Part shown: positions 13,761-26,880 of the stretch, one piece after another
Numbering within the stretch: the first letter of the stretch is position 1
Layout: each line of letters starts with the position of its first letter
NCBI RefSeq assembly: GCF_006345805.1
Contig: NC_043017.1
Location: forward strand, 4,340,001-4,404,000
Direction: 5' to 3'
Source of the DNA: Octopus sinensis
Lineage: Eukaryota
Length of the DNA: 64,000 nucleotides
Notes under the pieces: model-generated
What the model was told of the DNA's origin: nothing
What the model saw: only the letters and a program-made list of their open reading frames with translations
Databases searched by the model: none
Translations under genes and position numbers: made by a program

Positions 13761-14147
13761 TGAGGCGCAATGGCCCAGTGGTTAGGGCAGCGGACTCGCG
13801 GTCGTAGGTTCGCGGTTTCGATTCCCAGACCGGGCATTGTGAGTGTTTATTGAGCGAAAACACCTAAAGCTTCACGAGGCTCCTGCAGGGGATGATGGTG
13901 ATCCCTGCTGCACTCTTTCACCACAACTTTCTTTCACTCTTTCTTCCTGTTTCTGTTGTACCTGTATTGCAAAGGGCCAGCATTGTCACACTCTGTGTCA
14001 CGCTGAATCTCCCTGAGAACTACGTTAAGGGTACACGTGTCTGTGGAGTGCTCAGCCACTTGCACATTAATTCCACGAGCAAGCTGTTCCGTTGATCATA
14101 TCAGCTGGGACCCTCATCGTCGTAACCGACAGAGTGCTCCTATACTA
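13761..14147 (+). mobile_element. tRNA-Arg-derived SINE, family C, full length with 14-bp TSD
   Basis: TSD tactgttatcaggg at 13747-13760 and 14148-14161. A box tggcccagtgg, anticodon-like loop ggac-tcg-cgg, B box ggtttcgattcc. Confidence 0.9.
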
Positions 14148-14924
14148 TACTGTTATCAGGGCTGAGCTGGAATTAAACAGTTATTTTTAGACTTTAAGAA
14201 ATAATGCGAAGATTGTTACTTTGGAAGAAAATACCTACAAAGTGTGTGTGTGTATTGGAGATACAAGTTGAGTGTAGATCAAGAGTATTGGGGAGTCTCT
14301 AGTTGCTATTGGCGACTAAGACAAGTGAGATATTTTATCAAAGGGTTCATCATATATTTTAGAGCTGTATATTTATATCATTGACATTACTATCTTAGAT
14401 ATTTGACATCAGCACCCTGTATACTTGACTCTGGTACAATGTATGTTTAATACAAGTACTCTTTTATATTTGACATCTGCTCTCTATAAATTTGGCATCT
14501 TTATCCTGTACATTCCACATCAATACTTTGTTTATTCGACCTATGTACTCTCTATTCAATATCCATAATCACTATATTTGCTACATGTACCTTGCATATT
14601 TGACATATGCTCTCTGTATATCCAACACATGTACTCGTATAATTGACCATGGCCTGTGTGTTTGGCATAGCAGTGTATTAGTCAAAAGTTAGCTTGACTG
14701 ATAGAGTAGGGTCCGTTGCGTGTGTTTCCTAAATCTCTTTACCATTTACCCTGCTATCAAACCCTTCCCCTCATACAAATACCTCTCCAGGCTTCATACA
14801 CGTACTCCTCATTCCTCTCTACCAATACCACAGGAAACAATAAAAATATTGTTAAGATTTTATTATGAAGAACTTGTTAATATTATTTTCTTTATTGGAT
14901 GTTTTTCTTTCTTCTCCTATCCAG

Positions 14925-14980
14925 GTTTTGTACACATTGTCGAAACTTTCTAAAACAGAACTAGCTCAAAAGACTGCCAG
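14925..14980 (+). CDS. vav: Vav exon encoding the last helix of the calponin-homology (CH) domain (equivalent to vertebrate exon 3), phase 0-2
   Basis: Pyrimidine tract + ccAG | GTT TTG TAC ACA TTG TCG AAA CTT TCT AAA ACA GAA CTA GCT CAA AAG ACT GCC AG | GTatgc = VLYTLSKLSKTELAQKTA(R/S), 56 nt. Resembles human VAV1 VIYTLSALSWTPIAQNRG and VAV3 VIETLSRLSRTPIALATG (recalled). Phase 2 end fits the next exons. Confidence 0.92.
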
Positions 14981-14996
14981 GTATGCTTTTTAATAA

Positions 14997-15042
14997 CTTT
15001 ATTATTATTATATTATTATTATTATTATTATTATTATTGTTA

Positions 15043-15112
<70 letters not shown>
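14997..15112. repeat. (ATT)n microsatellite plus poly-T immediately 3' of the CH-exon donor
   Basis: Direct reading of the sequence. Confidence 0.95.
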
Positions 15113-15159
15113 CCTGAGCACATTATTTATCTCCTGCCTAATATTTTAGAAGACTTCAA

Positions 15160-15381
15160 CCCTTTAGCATTCAGATTTCTCTGTCAATGTAATGCTTATT
15201 TATCCACGTTGTTTTGAATTAATTACACATCCTCTTTAACTTTAAGATTTTGATGGTGTAATTGTTTATTTTAAATAATGACATTGTAAGATACATATGA
15301 GAAACCGAATTTGGCTGGTTTGAACATAAAATATTCAGAAAATTCTTTGGTTAGACATGGGCTGATTTGAATGCTAAAGGG
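15160..15381. mobile_element. piggyBac-type MITE, family 1
   Basis: TIR ccctttagcattca / tgaatgctaaaggg. Flanks are tcaa (left) and TTAA (right). Confidence 0.8.
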
Positions 15382-15847
15382 TTAAAAAATAGTTGTTTTT
15401 CACAAACTCTGCTGTAATGATGCTAGGGTTCAGATCTTGGATGAACAGACAAAATTAATAAAAGCATTCTAATCACAACCATCCAATCTTTTTGAAGTTG
15501 GTAGAATGTGAATTGATTGAGATTTGGCTGTGATTTCTAGCAAGACAAGCAACCACATAATGATCTTTATTAGCAATGTGGAGAAGGTGTCTTCCTGTGT
15601 TTTCTTGCCAGTTTTCACACCAACCACACCACTGTCATCATCATCATCATCACCATGAAGTAAATATCTAATATGTGTCATTAAAAACAAATACATTTTG
15701 GTCTTGAAATGCTTTCATTATATTTGAAGTATCTCAATTTTATCACCTGAGTAGTTGAGGTGCAGAATTGCTGGTCTTTGGACCACAAGTTCGTATCCTG
15801 CTTTAGCTATTTTATTGTGCCTTCACTGCACCACTTCTCTTTGCTCT

Positions 15848-16563
15848 CATCATCATCATCATCATCGTTCAACGTCTGTTTTCCATGCTGGCATGGGTTG
15901 GACGGTTTGACCAGAGTCTGGGAAGCCAGGAGGCTGCACCAGGCTCCAATTTGATCTGGCAATATTTCTACAGCTGGATGCCCTTCCTAACGCCAACCAC
16001 TCCGAGAGTGTAGTGGGTGCTTTTTACATGCCCCCAGCACAGGAGTCAGTCAGGTGGCACTGGTGCCGGCCACGTTTGGATGGTACTTTTTACGTGCCAC
16101 CGTCACAAGAGCTGGTGAAGCTGGGGGCTGGCATTGACCACGGTTGGATGGTACTTTTTATGTGCCACCTGCATGGGGAGCCAGTCAGGCAGCGATCCAT
16201 GCATGAATGGTGCTTATTGCATGCCACCAGCACTGATAACAACTGCAACTACAATTTCCATTTGATTTTGATTTACTTGACTCAAGACGTCTCCTCAAGC
16301 ACAGAATGTCGCCTGATGATTCAAAGGTACTTTTTAAATGGGCTGGTTATGCAACACTGGTGTAGGCTACAAATGTGATCTCACTTTCCTTGCCAGGTCT
16401 TCTCAGTCACAGCATATCTCCAGAGGTCTCAATCTTTCGTCATTGCCTCTGTGAGGCCCAACGTTCGAAGGCTTCCAATCGCTCACCAGATAAGGGATCA
16501 GGGTACCTTGTCAAAGGCTTTCTCCAAGTCAACAAAAGCCAAGTATAGGGGTTTATCTTGGCT
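15848..16563 (-). mobile_element. RTE-clade LINE remnant: RT motif fused to ORF2 C-terminus plus 3' UTR and (TGA)n tail
   Basis: Minus strand reads DKPLYLAFVDLEKAFDKVP*SLIW, then SLRTLGLTEAMTKD*DLWRYAVTEKTWQGK*, then the abundant 3' UTR (…ggttggcgttaggaagggcatccagctgtaga…aacgatgatg). Confidence 0.82.
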
Positions 16564-17589
16564 AGATAACAACTCTGGAGTTGTTATTGTACTAGATCTA
16601 AGAATGTTGCTAGAAATAGCTAGGTGTCATCTCCATGTTGCAGATTTTTCTGTTAGCAAATTCTTCATTGTTACACGTTGCAAACTAGTACTAACTCATG
16701 ACCTTATGAACCCCTGTGTTTCAAAAGAAACAGCCAAGTGGATATGGTATAGGATTACTAACCCCAAAGTCCTGTGTTGAATCCACTTAAGTTGTTTTTA
16801 TTGTGTCCTTAAATAAAGACACAATACACCTGGTTGGTGATGTATGCTTGTATGGGTGGGAGAATACACACATTTTCTGGAGTGCTAACTATGACACACT
16901 GGAATCCTATCCATTGGTACTATTGATTTTGGCTCCATCAAAGGCCATAAAACCGGAGTTTAACAGAAACCTCATGACCTAGTGTCTTTCTAGGAAATTA
17001 CTTATCTAAAGTTAGATATTTCATAGGGCTTGTCTTCTCCCCGTCATCTTAATTATCGTTGTTTAACATCCATTTTCCATGTTGGCTTAGGTTGGATGGT
17101 TCAGTAGGAGTTGGAAAGTCAGGGGGCTGTATCAAACCCTAATGCCTGCTTTAGCATGGTTTTTATAGCTGGATGCCCTTCCTTACACCAACCACTTTCC
17201 ATAGTGTCCTGAGTGCTTTTTTCTTTTGGCAGCACTGGCTCTTGTGATGTTAGCAAGTAACTAGCAAGGCAAGCTGCTTCAATCGAAGTGGATGGAGTAT
17301 TGAGAACAGAGGCTTTACATAAGATTAAAAAAACAAACAAAATCTATGGTTTTAAATAATGTGCTTTTATAGATATTGTGCTCGATAATGTCATCTTTAC
17401 AAACTTTGTCCACTGTGATTATTATTTATCTGCTTCTTATTAAATTAGCGTCAAACAATAATTTAATCATTGTGTTTGTGTGGTGTGTGTATGTATTTGT
17501 GGTATCTTTCTGTGTCATCCGTGTCTGAGTGGTGTTTAATGAACACTGTTAGTGTCACATTGGTAATTTGTAATAGTATTACTGCTTGG

Positions 17590-17870
17590 TAGTTATGTGA
17601 ATGTGTTACCATTGGTAATAATCTACACTGTAGTGTTACTATTGGTTATATTGTAAAATGTAGTATTACCATTGGTAATATTGTAAAATGTATTGTTACT
17701 GTTGGTGATATTGTAAAATGAACCGGTACCATTGGTAAGATTGTAAATCATACTAACATTATTCATGATGTTGTAAAATAAAATGTTATCATCGTTGATA
17801 TTAATTGGTATAATTAATTGATATGCATTATTAAAATACAGCACTTAGTGTTACCAATGGTTACCAATGA
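17590..17870. repeat. Degenerate 30-bp tandem array
   Basis: Unit approximately ttaccattggtaatattgtaaaatgtagta. Gives the FYNITNGNTT repeats in ORF 17623..17844(-). Confidence 0.75.
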
Positions 17871-18164
17871 TATGCTGTAAAAATATTTTTCTGAAATATC
17901 TGTGTGTTCCAAGCTTTTGTTTTGATATTTAAAAATACTGATGCAACTGCAACATTCTTGATAATGAGAGATTTATTCAAGATATGTAATTGCCAAAATT
18001 AGGTTAGTAAGTTGGTTTTTTTTTTTTTTTTTTTTGTTTTTGGTATGGTGCCTGAAATTAAACTTCTCGTGTATTTCCAAATTTAAATCTTTGTGAAATG
18101 AAGTGCCAACAAATATGCTGTAGTTTGAATTCCATTTTATAAGTTATAATCAGTTTATAAGTTC

Positions 18165-18520
18165 CTCACACTCCTTACACTCGCCTCCTTATGAGAGCTC
18201 AAAATCTCTCGTGGAAGCGTCATTCAACCAAAATGTAAATATATGGGAAACTACCAACTGTATCATCTCTTGTGAAAGGTAGAAAAGTCCAGTTTGCTGG
18301 ACATTGTAGAGCTGAAAACGAGGTAATTTCTACTCTTCTCCTCTGGAAGCCATCTGCTCGCGATACCAGAGGACGCACACTCTCCTACCCTGATGTAATC
18401 TCCAGGGATACAGGCATCCAGCAACAGGACCTCCGTAATGCCATGATGGACCGTGAAGTCTGGCGTACCATAGTAAATTCTATTGTCTCGACCACGGTCG
18501 AACAATGATGATGATGATGA
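18165..18520 (+). mobile_element. RTE-clade LINE 3' fragment with (TGA)n tail and 10-bp TSD
   Basis: Encodes RLLMRAQNLSWKRH...KGRKVQFAGHCRAENEVISTLLLWKP...GRTLSYPDVISRDTG...MMDREVWR. TSD ttataagttc at 18155-18164 and 18521-18530. Confidence 0.85.
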
Positions 18521-19781
18521 TTATAAGTTCAAATAATACCAAAGTCACTGTTGCTTTCCAACTGGTTGGGTCAATAGTTTCAGGGTCTAAATCTTGTTAA
18601 AGTCAATTTTATTTCTCAACCATCATCATGATTGAAAGTAGTAAAAGCAAATACTCATTTCCTATCTTATCCCCCAGTCTGTTTAATTTTCCTGTTTCAT
18701 TCGCAGCAGTTTTCATTCCACTCCCACAATGTCCCCTTACAGAAAGGATTAGGAGGCCCTCATCTGTATAAGAATCTGACAAAGTGTTAGCAATTTCTTT
18801 TGTCTTTTACGCTTTATTATAAAATAATTAGTTCCTGCCTTAATTATCTCTAACAGCCCTTTTCCCTCCCATCACTGTTACTATGAGAAGATTTAAAACT
18901 CTCAAAACGAACCAATGAGAGTGCTTCTACAAGGTCATTTGACTTGCTAGAAATAACAGCCAAATTTCCCCTCAAATCACCCCTTACCAACTTAAACGAA
19001 GAAAGATATATTGGACAGTATAGTCCCTAACATACAAGAAGATGAGATGATTACTACCAAAATGTTTTTGATCCTGAGTTTGCTCTCTTTGGCTTGACCT
19101 AGGGTTAAATAACAACAGCAATAATTTTGAAGCTTTTCTCAGCTGACTCACATATACCCCTGCCCTGTTGTTTCAAAAGTACCCATCCTAGCACTGCCAA
19201 AAAACTATTACACTTCAGGCCATATTATGTTAATTACAGCCTCCCCTCCCTTAATTAAACAATTTTCTGCCTTGATTCTCTCTGCTATTTTTCCCCTAAC
19301 AATTTTCTGTTTCTCGTTAACGAGTTCTCGTTTTAATTTGTAATTTCTCTACCACAATATTCTTCTTGTTAGCATTGCTAACCGATTTCGTTGAAGCAAT
19401 TGATTCCTCTCACTCATAATGTTTCCTTTATATTCTGGGAAAATAAAACAGAAATCTTTCTTTTTCTAGCAAACTTAATTGCAGTTAACCAAAGGGAGGG
19501 GCTTCTACAGGCTACAAACAAGAATGTGGAACAAACAAATCCTAAAAAAAAAAACAAACAGTGTTCAGAAATATGATAGTGTTTAGTAAGGAATAAGTAT
19601 TTTTCACAAGACCTAACATTTGAAAGGGTAAAGAATAAAGTCAGTTGTATCGTTTCCCAATGCTTACTTGCTTGACACTAAGGTCGTGGTGGTGGTGGTT
19701 TTGGCCTCAAGTCAGTCCTGTTTGGACAGACCTATGACCAAAGATAATCCAGTCATATCCATTCTGCTTTTCTATATCAAA

Positions 19782-20180
19782 CTAGCAGTATCGCCCGGCG
19801 TTGCTCGGGTTTGTAAGGGAAATAACTATATAAGCATTTTTAGAGATGTAAAGTATAATAGCCATCTCAATATGGTTAACCACAAAGGGAGGGGGGTGTT
19901 ACTGTAGCTTTTTACGTTCTGAGATTTAATAATAAACTTTTAGAGAGTTACTGCCCTTATATATGCCAAAAATGCATTAAAAATGGGAAAAATTGATGGT
20001 AAATTTTTTTTTAAATCGTAGACTCATCATAGATGCGCGCTAATACCCAGAAGGGTTCGATATGAATCACGACTATAAGATACCCGGTTTTGGTTAAACT
20101 GCACCGCAAAATGTGGGAGTAGTTAGGAATCTAAATCGTAGGAGACAGACAGCACACAACCTCATTCTTATATATAAAGA
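19782..20180 (-). mobile_element. Non-autonomous Helitron, complete (399 bp)
   Basis: On the minus strand: host A | TCTTTATATATAAG ... CCCGAGCAACGCCGGG hairpin (19794-19809) ... CTAG | T. No TSD. Matches the 5'-TC, 3'-CTRR, subterminal hairpin and A/T insertion rules. Confidence 0.82.
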
Positions 20181-21624
20181 TTAGCATTCTCCTATGTGTC
20201 TTTTCTGTTGTTTGATCCAAGAGTGGTTTGGCTGTTATGTGTAGCAGGTTGAGCCACCTCTTAGCTACTCCCTTGTTTGTTCATGGTACTTAAGTTATTG
20301 ATCCTGGAGGGATGCAAAACAAAGTTTATCACGGAGGGATTTAAAATCAGATTCTAGGAACATAAAAACAATGTAAGGCTCTGAGCGCTCTTGTTGTTGT
20401 TGTTATTATTATTATTATTATTATTACTATTATTATTATTATTATTATTTTACATGGATAAATTTGGACTAGTGTCATGATCTTGATTGTTATAGTTAGA
20501 ATTCAGTCATTGCACTCTTTAGCTGTCTTCAGGTGTTGTATTTTGTAACATTTTCAGAATCAGTATTATTTAGCATTTCTGAATCTGCTAGAAAGAGCAA
20601 CCAAATCAAACTAAAAGGATACCCTACTGTACTTAAAAAGAAAAAAAAAACATGCATATGACAATGTAGTCCTGGGTAAACTATATATTAAAACAAAAAG
20701 GTAGCTCCCTGGATTAGAGCTGACCTTGGGCTAAACAACAAATAGGAATGCTATATATTATTATATATTAGACATGTGAGCAAGATGGGATGTTCCTTTG
20801 TACATGGGTACTCAGTCTGCTAGAAATAGCAACCAGGTTTCCTTCACATCACACCCTACTTTCTTAGAAAGAAAAAAGGGAAGAATACATTTGATGATAA
20901 AGCCCTAAATACAATAGGTCTATGGGATCAGAACTGAACTGGGACTAAACTATTACTGCTGCTAGAAATAGAGGCCACATCTCCCTGAAATCACACTGTA
21001 TGATCTTAAGAAAAGAAACATTAAATAATGTGGATTGAGATCCTGTCAAAAGAGTAAAAATAAAAACACAGAACAGTCCGACTAGAATGCCTTAAGATCA
21101 CAGGCCAGGTCTTTTACTGTGACAAAGAAGGATATATTAGATTATGTGGTCTTAGAAAAACTGTCCCTGATGGAGAGTGGGGAAAGATGAGATGGTCATA
21201 GCTGAAAGAACTTTGATCGTAATTCTTCTTCGTCAGGTTTACCTAGGATTACCTAACAAAAGGTACATTGGATAATACAGATGTCTTAGATATGCTGTGT
21301 TTGAATGAAAAAAAGAGAAAAGAAAAAAAGCTGCAGTGATCTTGGTTTGAGTACTTTGATCACAAAAGTTCTCTTCAGAATTGACTAGCATTGAAATCAA
21401 CCACCCAACTACCCCGTAAATTACTCTACAATATTATACTTTCTGTTTTGTGTTGTTGGTTTTTGCACAAACTTTTGGTTTCTCACAAAACACTGTTTAT
21501 GATAACATTAGCCTTAGTGTTCTATTGTTTGGCCAATTCATGTGTGCACGTGCATGCACACATAAGTCGTTGTGTTGCATCTCATGTATTTTTAACTATC
21601 ACCCATTACAAAAGCCTGGAACTA

Positions 21625-21670
<46 letters not shown>

Positions 21671-21957
21671 AGCATGTATTTATTTATATGTATATATGCA
21701 TGTTTCTCTTTGTATGTGTGTATAAATGTGCATGTTTCGATGTATGTGTGTATATATAAATTTGTATGTGTATATATATGTCTGTATGTGAATATATATG
21801 TCTATGAATGTATGCATGAATTTAGATATAAATGTCTATGTGTATATTTGTGTGTGTGTTTGTAATCCTGAATGTTAATGTAATCTATTGTATAATTGAT
21901 TCTATTACCACTTGAAAATTGTCTTCTATTAAACATTATTGTCAGATGATTTATTAC

Positions 21958-21988
<31 letters not shown>

Positions 21989-24168
21989 TGACTTAATCAG
22001 CTTCTAGCAATTATTGACACCTCTCAGCTTCTTAGTACAACTGTTAATGAAATAATGCTAATGGAGATGTAGTGGACACATCTTATCGTATATGCTGCTA
22101 ACATAAGTAACATTTCTTTGTCGTAATTGCCAGAACTTTGCTCTGTATTCCTTAAGACGAATATTAACAAATGTAAACAATAAGATGCAGTAGGGTAGGG
22201 TGGCAGTAACCCTCCAGAACCTTTGTTGGGGTGGGGCAGTTGGAAACTGCATTTGGTTATGTTCCTTCTATCTCTTGGTAAATTGCAGAGCTAGAAGAAA
22301 GGGAAAAGAAATTCTTATTAACGGTCCTGTTTTGGTGATAATGTTTAAGTAGTGATGGTGGGTTTAACTCCTGATAGATCTAGAGATGCTGTCCTGACAT
22401 ATGTTGTGTCTTGAGCATTTTTAGCCTAATACACAGCCTGTCCCTTACTATGTGTGAATACAGCTGATTTCTTCCAGAGACAAAATGAAAGATAAGTATT
22501 GACCCCAGTTCAGGAATGATATGTTTTTCGTCAATGTCAAAAAGAGGAAAAGCAAAGTCAACTTTGGTAGGATTTCCAGAGAACTGGAATGAATACTTCC
22601 CAGGCATTTTACCTTCTGCTTTAATGACTCTGCCGATTTGCTACCTGAGTAGTAGCAGTAGTTTAGCCCCGAGTTGGTCCTGACCTAGTAAACCTATGAT
22701 GAAAGTCATAGTCTAGCTAATTTTTACATTCATTGAGTGTGTACTACTGTTTTTGTTTTAGAGATTATTTAAGGAAGGATTTTGTTGCTATTTCTACTGG
22801 GTAGAACAACTCCATAGAAACTCTAGTGGTTCAAATCCAAGCAAGCTTTAGCAGTGTGATTGAGGGAGCACTGTCGTATACAGAGATTCTTCCACAGCAT
22901 CTGAAGACATTTTGTGTGAGGCATGCTACTTCAGACTGTTGGCCCATGGCAACTGTAAATGAATGTAAGACTGTGATGATGATGATGATAATGATGCACA
23001 AGATTGCACTTGTAATCAGAGAGATGTTTACGTCATAAGAGTGTTATTGTGAAGTAGATTAAAAGTTTTTTTTTCTCTAGTGGGGAAGCAGTTTGCTGTG
23101 CTAAAATAATCTCTGGGGCTATTTATAGTGTTCTATTTTTTAAAAATGCTATATAGCTTATTTAGAAGTGGAAGGGCAGTGCCTAGTATCTTATTCCAGG
23201 GTCTCTGAGAGAGACTGGTTGGTGAAGGATCGGATCTTATTGGTCATCCTCAGATCAGAGACTTGGTCTAAATGTTTGCTTGCAAAAAAGTGGACTCCAC
23301 GAAAGGCACCCAAGAACCAAATGGTGGTGTCAATCTGGTTGATGGAACAAATCTATTATCAAAGAACACAATTGTTTCTACTAAAGCAACCATGAGCGAG
23401 AAACACCCAAAGAAAGCCCACAAGAAAGGGGGCGGGATGGCTTAAGCCATTCACCATTCCTAGATTTCTGTATTTCTCACGGGATTAGTGCCAATGCTCG
23501 TTGTCTTGGTTCTTTCATTGTGCATGTGTCTTGCATAAAAAGCTAAGTGTAGTGGAGGAAATAGCTTTGGGAATCTAGAGATAAGCTGGGCTGCGTAGTT
23601 ACTTGCATGAATGTTATCTACTAATGAAATATTTTTCATCGACTCCCCCACCCCCCTGCAGCTCTATATAGCAGTAGCAGAATTGAAAGTTGTAGTGGTA
23701 TTAGTAGTAATAGTAATTCTGAGATAATTTGTACTTTGTATAGGCAGAAGTCCTAAAAGTTCATTTTGGAACTGTGTGAAATCGGGGCACAGAAGTGTGA
23801 CTAAATATCAAGGTAGAAGGTCCTAGAATTTCAGATTTACTCGAGAATCTTAGCAGCTTTGGCTGGTTTCACATGTTGCATTGGACATTTGGTGTCTGGA
23901 ATCGGTCAGTTATTGAAAGAGGGTCAATATTATAGCTTCCCCTCATCCCAAACACCCAAACCCCTGCCATAATATGTGTGCTTATGCACACATACATGCA
24001 AGTGCTCATTCATGCACACACACATACACACATGTGAGTGTATGTACATATACGCATGTGCACACGTGTGTGTGTGCATATTATATATTATAGAATACAT
24101 ATATAATGTATACTCATATGTATAAATGTATGTATATATGTATTTATATGTGTGCAAATATAAATATA

Positions 24169-24219
<51 letters not shown>

Positions 24220-24714
24220 TTAGGTATACATGTATATGTTTAAATATATTTATGCACATACACACTCACACATACACAAACATGTCTATATGTATGCATT
24301 TATATATGTGTGTATGTGTGTGTATACATACACATGTATGCATATTGGAATGCGTGTGTATATATACAAACAGAAAAAAAATTAAAAGAAATAATTGAAA
24401 TCCACTTTAAGAGAAAAACACATTAAATCTATTTCAATGGTAAACTTCTTTCTTTCTTTCTTTTTTTTTCTTCTTTTTAATTGAAAATCTGAAAAATATA
24501 ATTACTGAAATATTCTTTAAAAAGAACAAAAGTTACAGTAAAAAAAAAAGAAAAAGAAAAAAAATATCTTACTATTATCAATAAGTAATATTTTAATATA
24601 TTTATTAAAAATTTTTTTTTTCCCAATTTCTTTTTTCCTCTGTTAGCTGACCCTTGACCTTCGTTGCCCCTTGGTTTCTTACCGTTCTTTTGCTCTCCTT
24701 TTTCTCAATTGTAG

Positions 24715-24789
24715 AGGGTTCTCTCCTCCTGATACGAGACCTCTCACTATTGAACATGATTATTACAACACATTGGAGGATCTTGCAAC
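24715..24789 (+). CDS. vav: Vav acidic-region exon 4a (phase 2-2, 75 nt)
   Basis: Branch-like gctgac at about 24646, long pyrimidine tract, ttgtAG | A GGG TTC TCT CCT CCT GAT ACG AGA CCT CTC ACT ATT GAA CAT GAT TAT TAC AAC ACA TTG GAG GAT CTT GCA AC | GTAAGT = GFSPPDTRPLTIEHDYYNTLEDLA. In frame with the CH exon. Aligns to the Vav G-x-x-PFP...D-I-Y-x-x-L segment (Y142 region). Confidence 0.85.
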
Positions 24790-25778
24790 GTAAGTGCTTG
24801 ATGCAGTCCTTGTCACCCAAGCCTGCTCAATAATCATACACTCACTTTTATGGGTTCAAGGATCAATGTCACCCATCCTCAATCCTCCTCCCAAACCACC
24901 AGTCCATCCATCCATCCATCCGTCCAGCCGTCCTTCCGTCCATCCGTCCGTCCGTCTATCCGTTCGTTCGTTTATCCTTAATTTGTGTCTCTCGCCTACC
25001 CTTCTGCTGTCTGTTGTTTTCATCATTTTATAATATTTTTTTTAAAGTTTATTTTTGTGTTTTTTTTTTTGCATTTGCTAACAGTAGTAGTAGCAGTAGT
25101 AGTAGTAGTGTTAGTAGCAGTAGTATTAGCTGTGTATTGGAGGAGCTGGTGACATCAACATCACATCATGTGTGCAAATGTTCAGTGGCAGAGCACAGCA
25201 GAGCAAAAAAGGAAGTTGTCACAAAATCTGTATTATTAATTGCTGAAAGACTAATCACTACTAACTCTTGTAGGTATATGTGTATATATGTGGGTTTGTT
25301 TGCATGTATGCTCTTATATATATATATAAAAACCTTGTTATTATACTAATCTTGTCTATTGGTGCATTTGTGTATGTGCATAAATTACATGTTAACTCAG
25401 AACTAAACTTTCACGGTTGAAATGGCATTTTCCAGTAATAAACACAGGTAGACTATCAAGTACAACAACACTAAGACAATTGCAAGAACAACAAGTTTAA
25501 TATTTATTACTTCTATATTTCTATTCTGAAATAAGCGCATGGTTTGTTTATATTTAATCAGGTCGACCCTCAGAGAAATTCAAGCTGGACATTAATTAAT
25601 TTATCATATCAATCTCTTTAGTCATGTGGAAGGTGAGGGACCGGAATCCTAATTGGGTACTGCATTTGTCTTCTTCCATAGATACTGTAGGGGAAAGAGG
25701 AAGGATTGTGAGCCCTATGAGCACTGCACTGTGCTCATAGATTACAGATGCTCATAGATTACAGTTACTAAGTGTTAA

Positions 25779-25999
25779 CCCTTTTGTTACTGTATTTATT
25801 TTGAGATGTTCTGTGTTTCTTTCAATTAATTTTAAATATAACAAAGAATTTAGTAAAATAACTTAGTCATCATTAAGCTAGTGTTAGGGACATAAATTGT
25901 GACTAAGGTTTGGTGGGCGATTTTAATTCAAAACTTATGAAAACAAAATATTTGTATTCAGAGCCATAGCCAGTTTCAGCCGGATTGGTAACGAAGGGG
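25779..25999. mobile_element. piggyBac-type MITE, family 2
   Basis: TTAA|cccttttgttac ... gtaacgaagggg|TTAA. Confidence 0.82.
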
Positions 26000-26617
26000 T
26001 TAATGGTGTTAAGGGAGAGATTACACTGTCCTAAAGGAAGCAAAAAGTTGTCAAAGCCAGTTGTTTAGCCTAGGTCAGCTCTGATCCAACTGACATGTGA
26101 TCAAAGGCATTCCACCCATGACCTGCCCATCTTTTCTTAAAGCATAATGTTATTTAGGGCTACATCATTCTATCTTCACTTTTTTCTTATTTATAAGATA
26201 ATGGAGTGGGGTTGGAGGGAGACTTTGCAACGATTCTTACAATGGTTGAGCAACTAAGCTGAAGCTCCCTGCTTGGTTTGTTGTCCTGGATTTTTCTTTT
26301 AATGGTATTGGTGGTGGTGGTGGTGGTGGTGGTAATGTTGTTGATCTTGGTATTGCTGAAGATGTAATAAAGCTGACAACACTTGTTGTTCCCTCTGTTT
26401 ACACTCTATTTCAAATTGTCACTCACATATTTCTCTTTTCTGCCTCTCCCATATCTTTCTCTCTCTCTCTTCTAGGCCTCGCCCCTGCCCCATCTTCTCT
26501 ATTATTCCTCTCTATCTTCCTTCTTTTCGTCCTTCAACACCTCATCTTGTTGAAGAAAGAGATGTGGGTAGAGATTGGTAATCTGAGCTGTCCTGTAGTG
26601 TGTGTGTGCGCGCATGT

Positions 26618-26880
<263 letters not shown>

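Noticed and set aside
13762-13835. tRNA-Arg-like sequence
   Set aside because: It is the head of a TSD-flanked SINE with a second copy at 55056-55445, and it has no proper acceptor stem.
1-14924. Search for the upstream Vav CH exons (W..C..W; FLCLKNIR...DFGK)
   Set aside because: No matching reading frame was found by eye. They are presumed to lie upstream of the window.
26476-26577. Open phase 2-2 segment [33 protein letters not shown] between AG and GTAATC, between exons 4a and 4b
   Set aside because: No acidic-Tyr motif or Vav similarity, and its pyrimidine tract is a CT microsatellite. Needs RNA-seq support.
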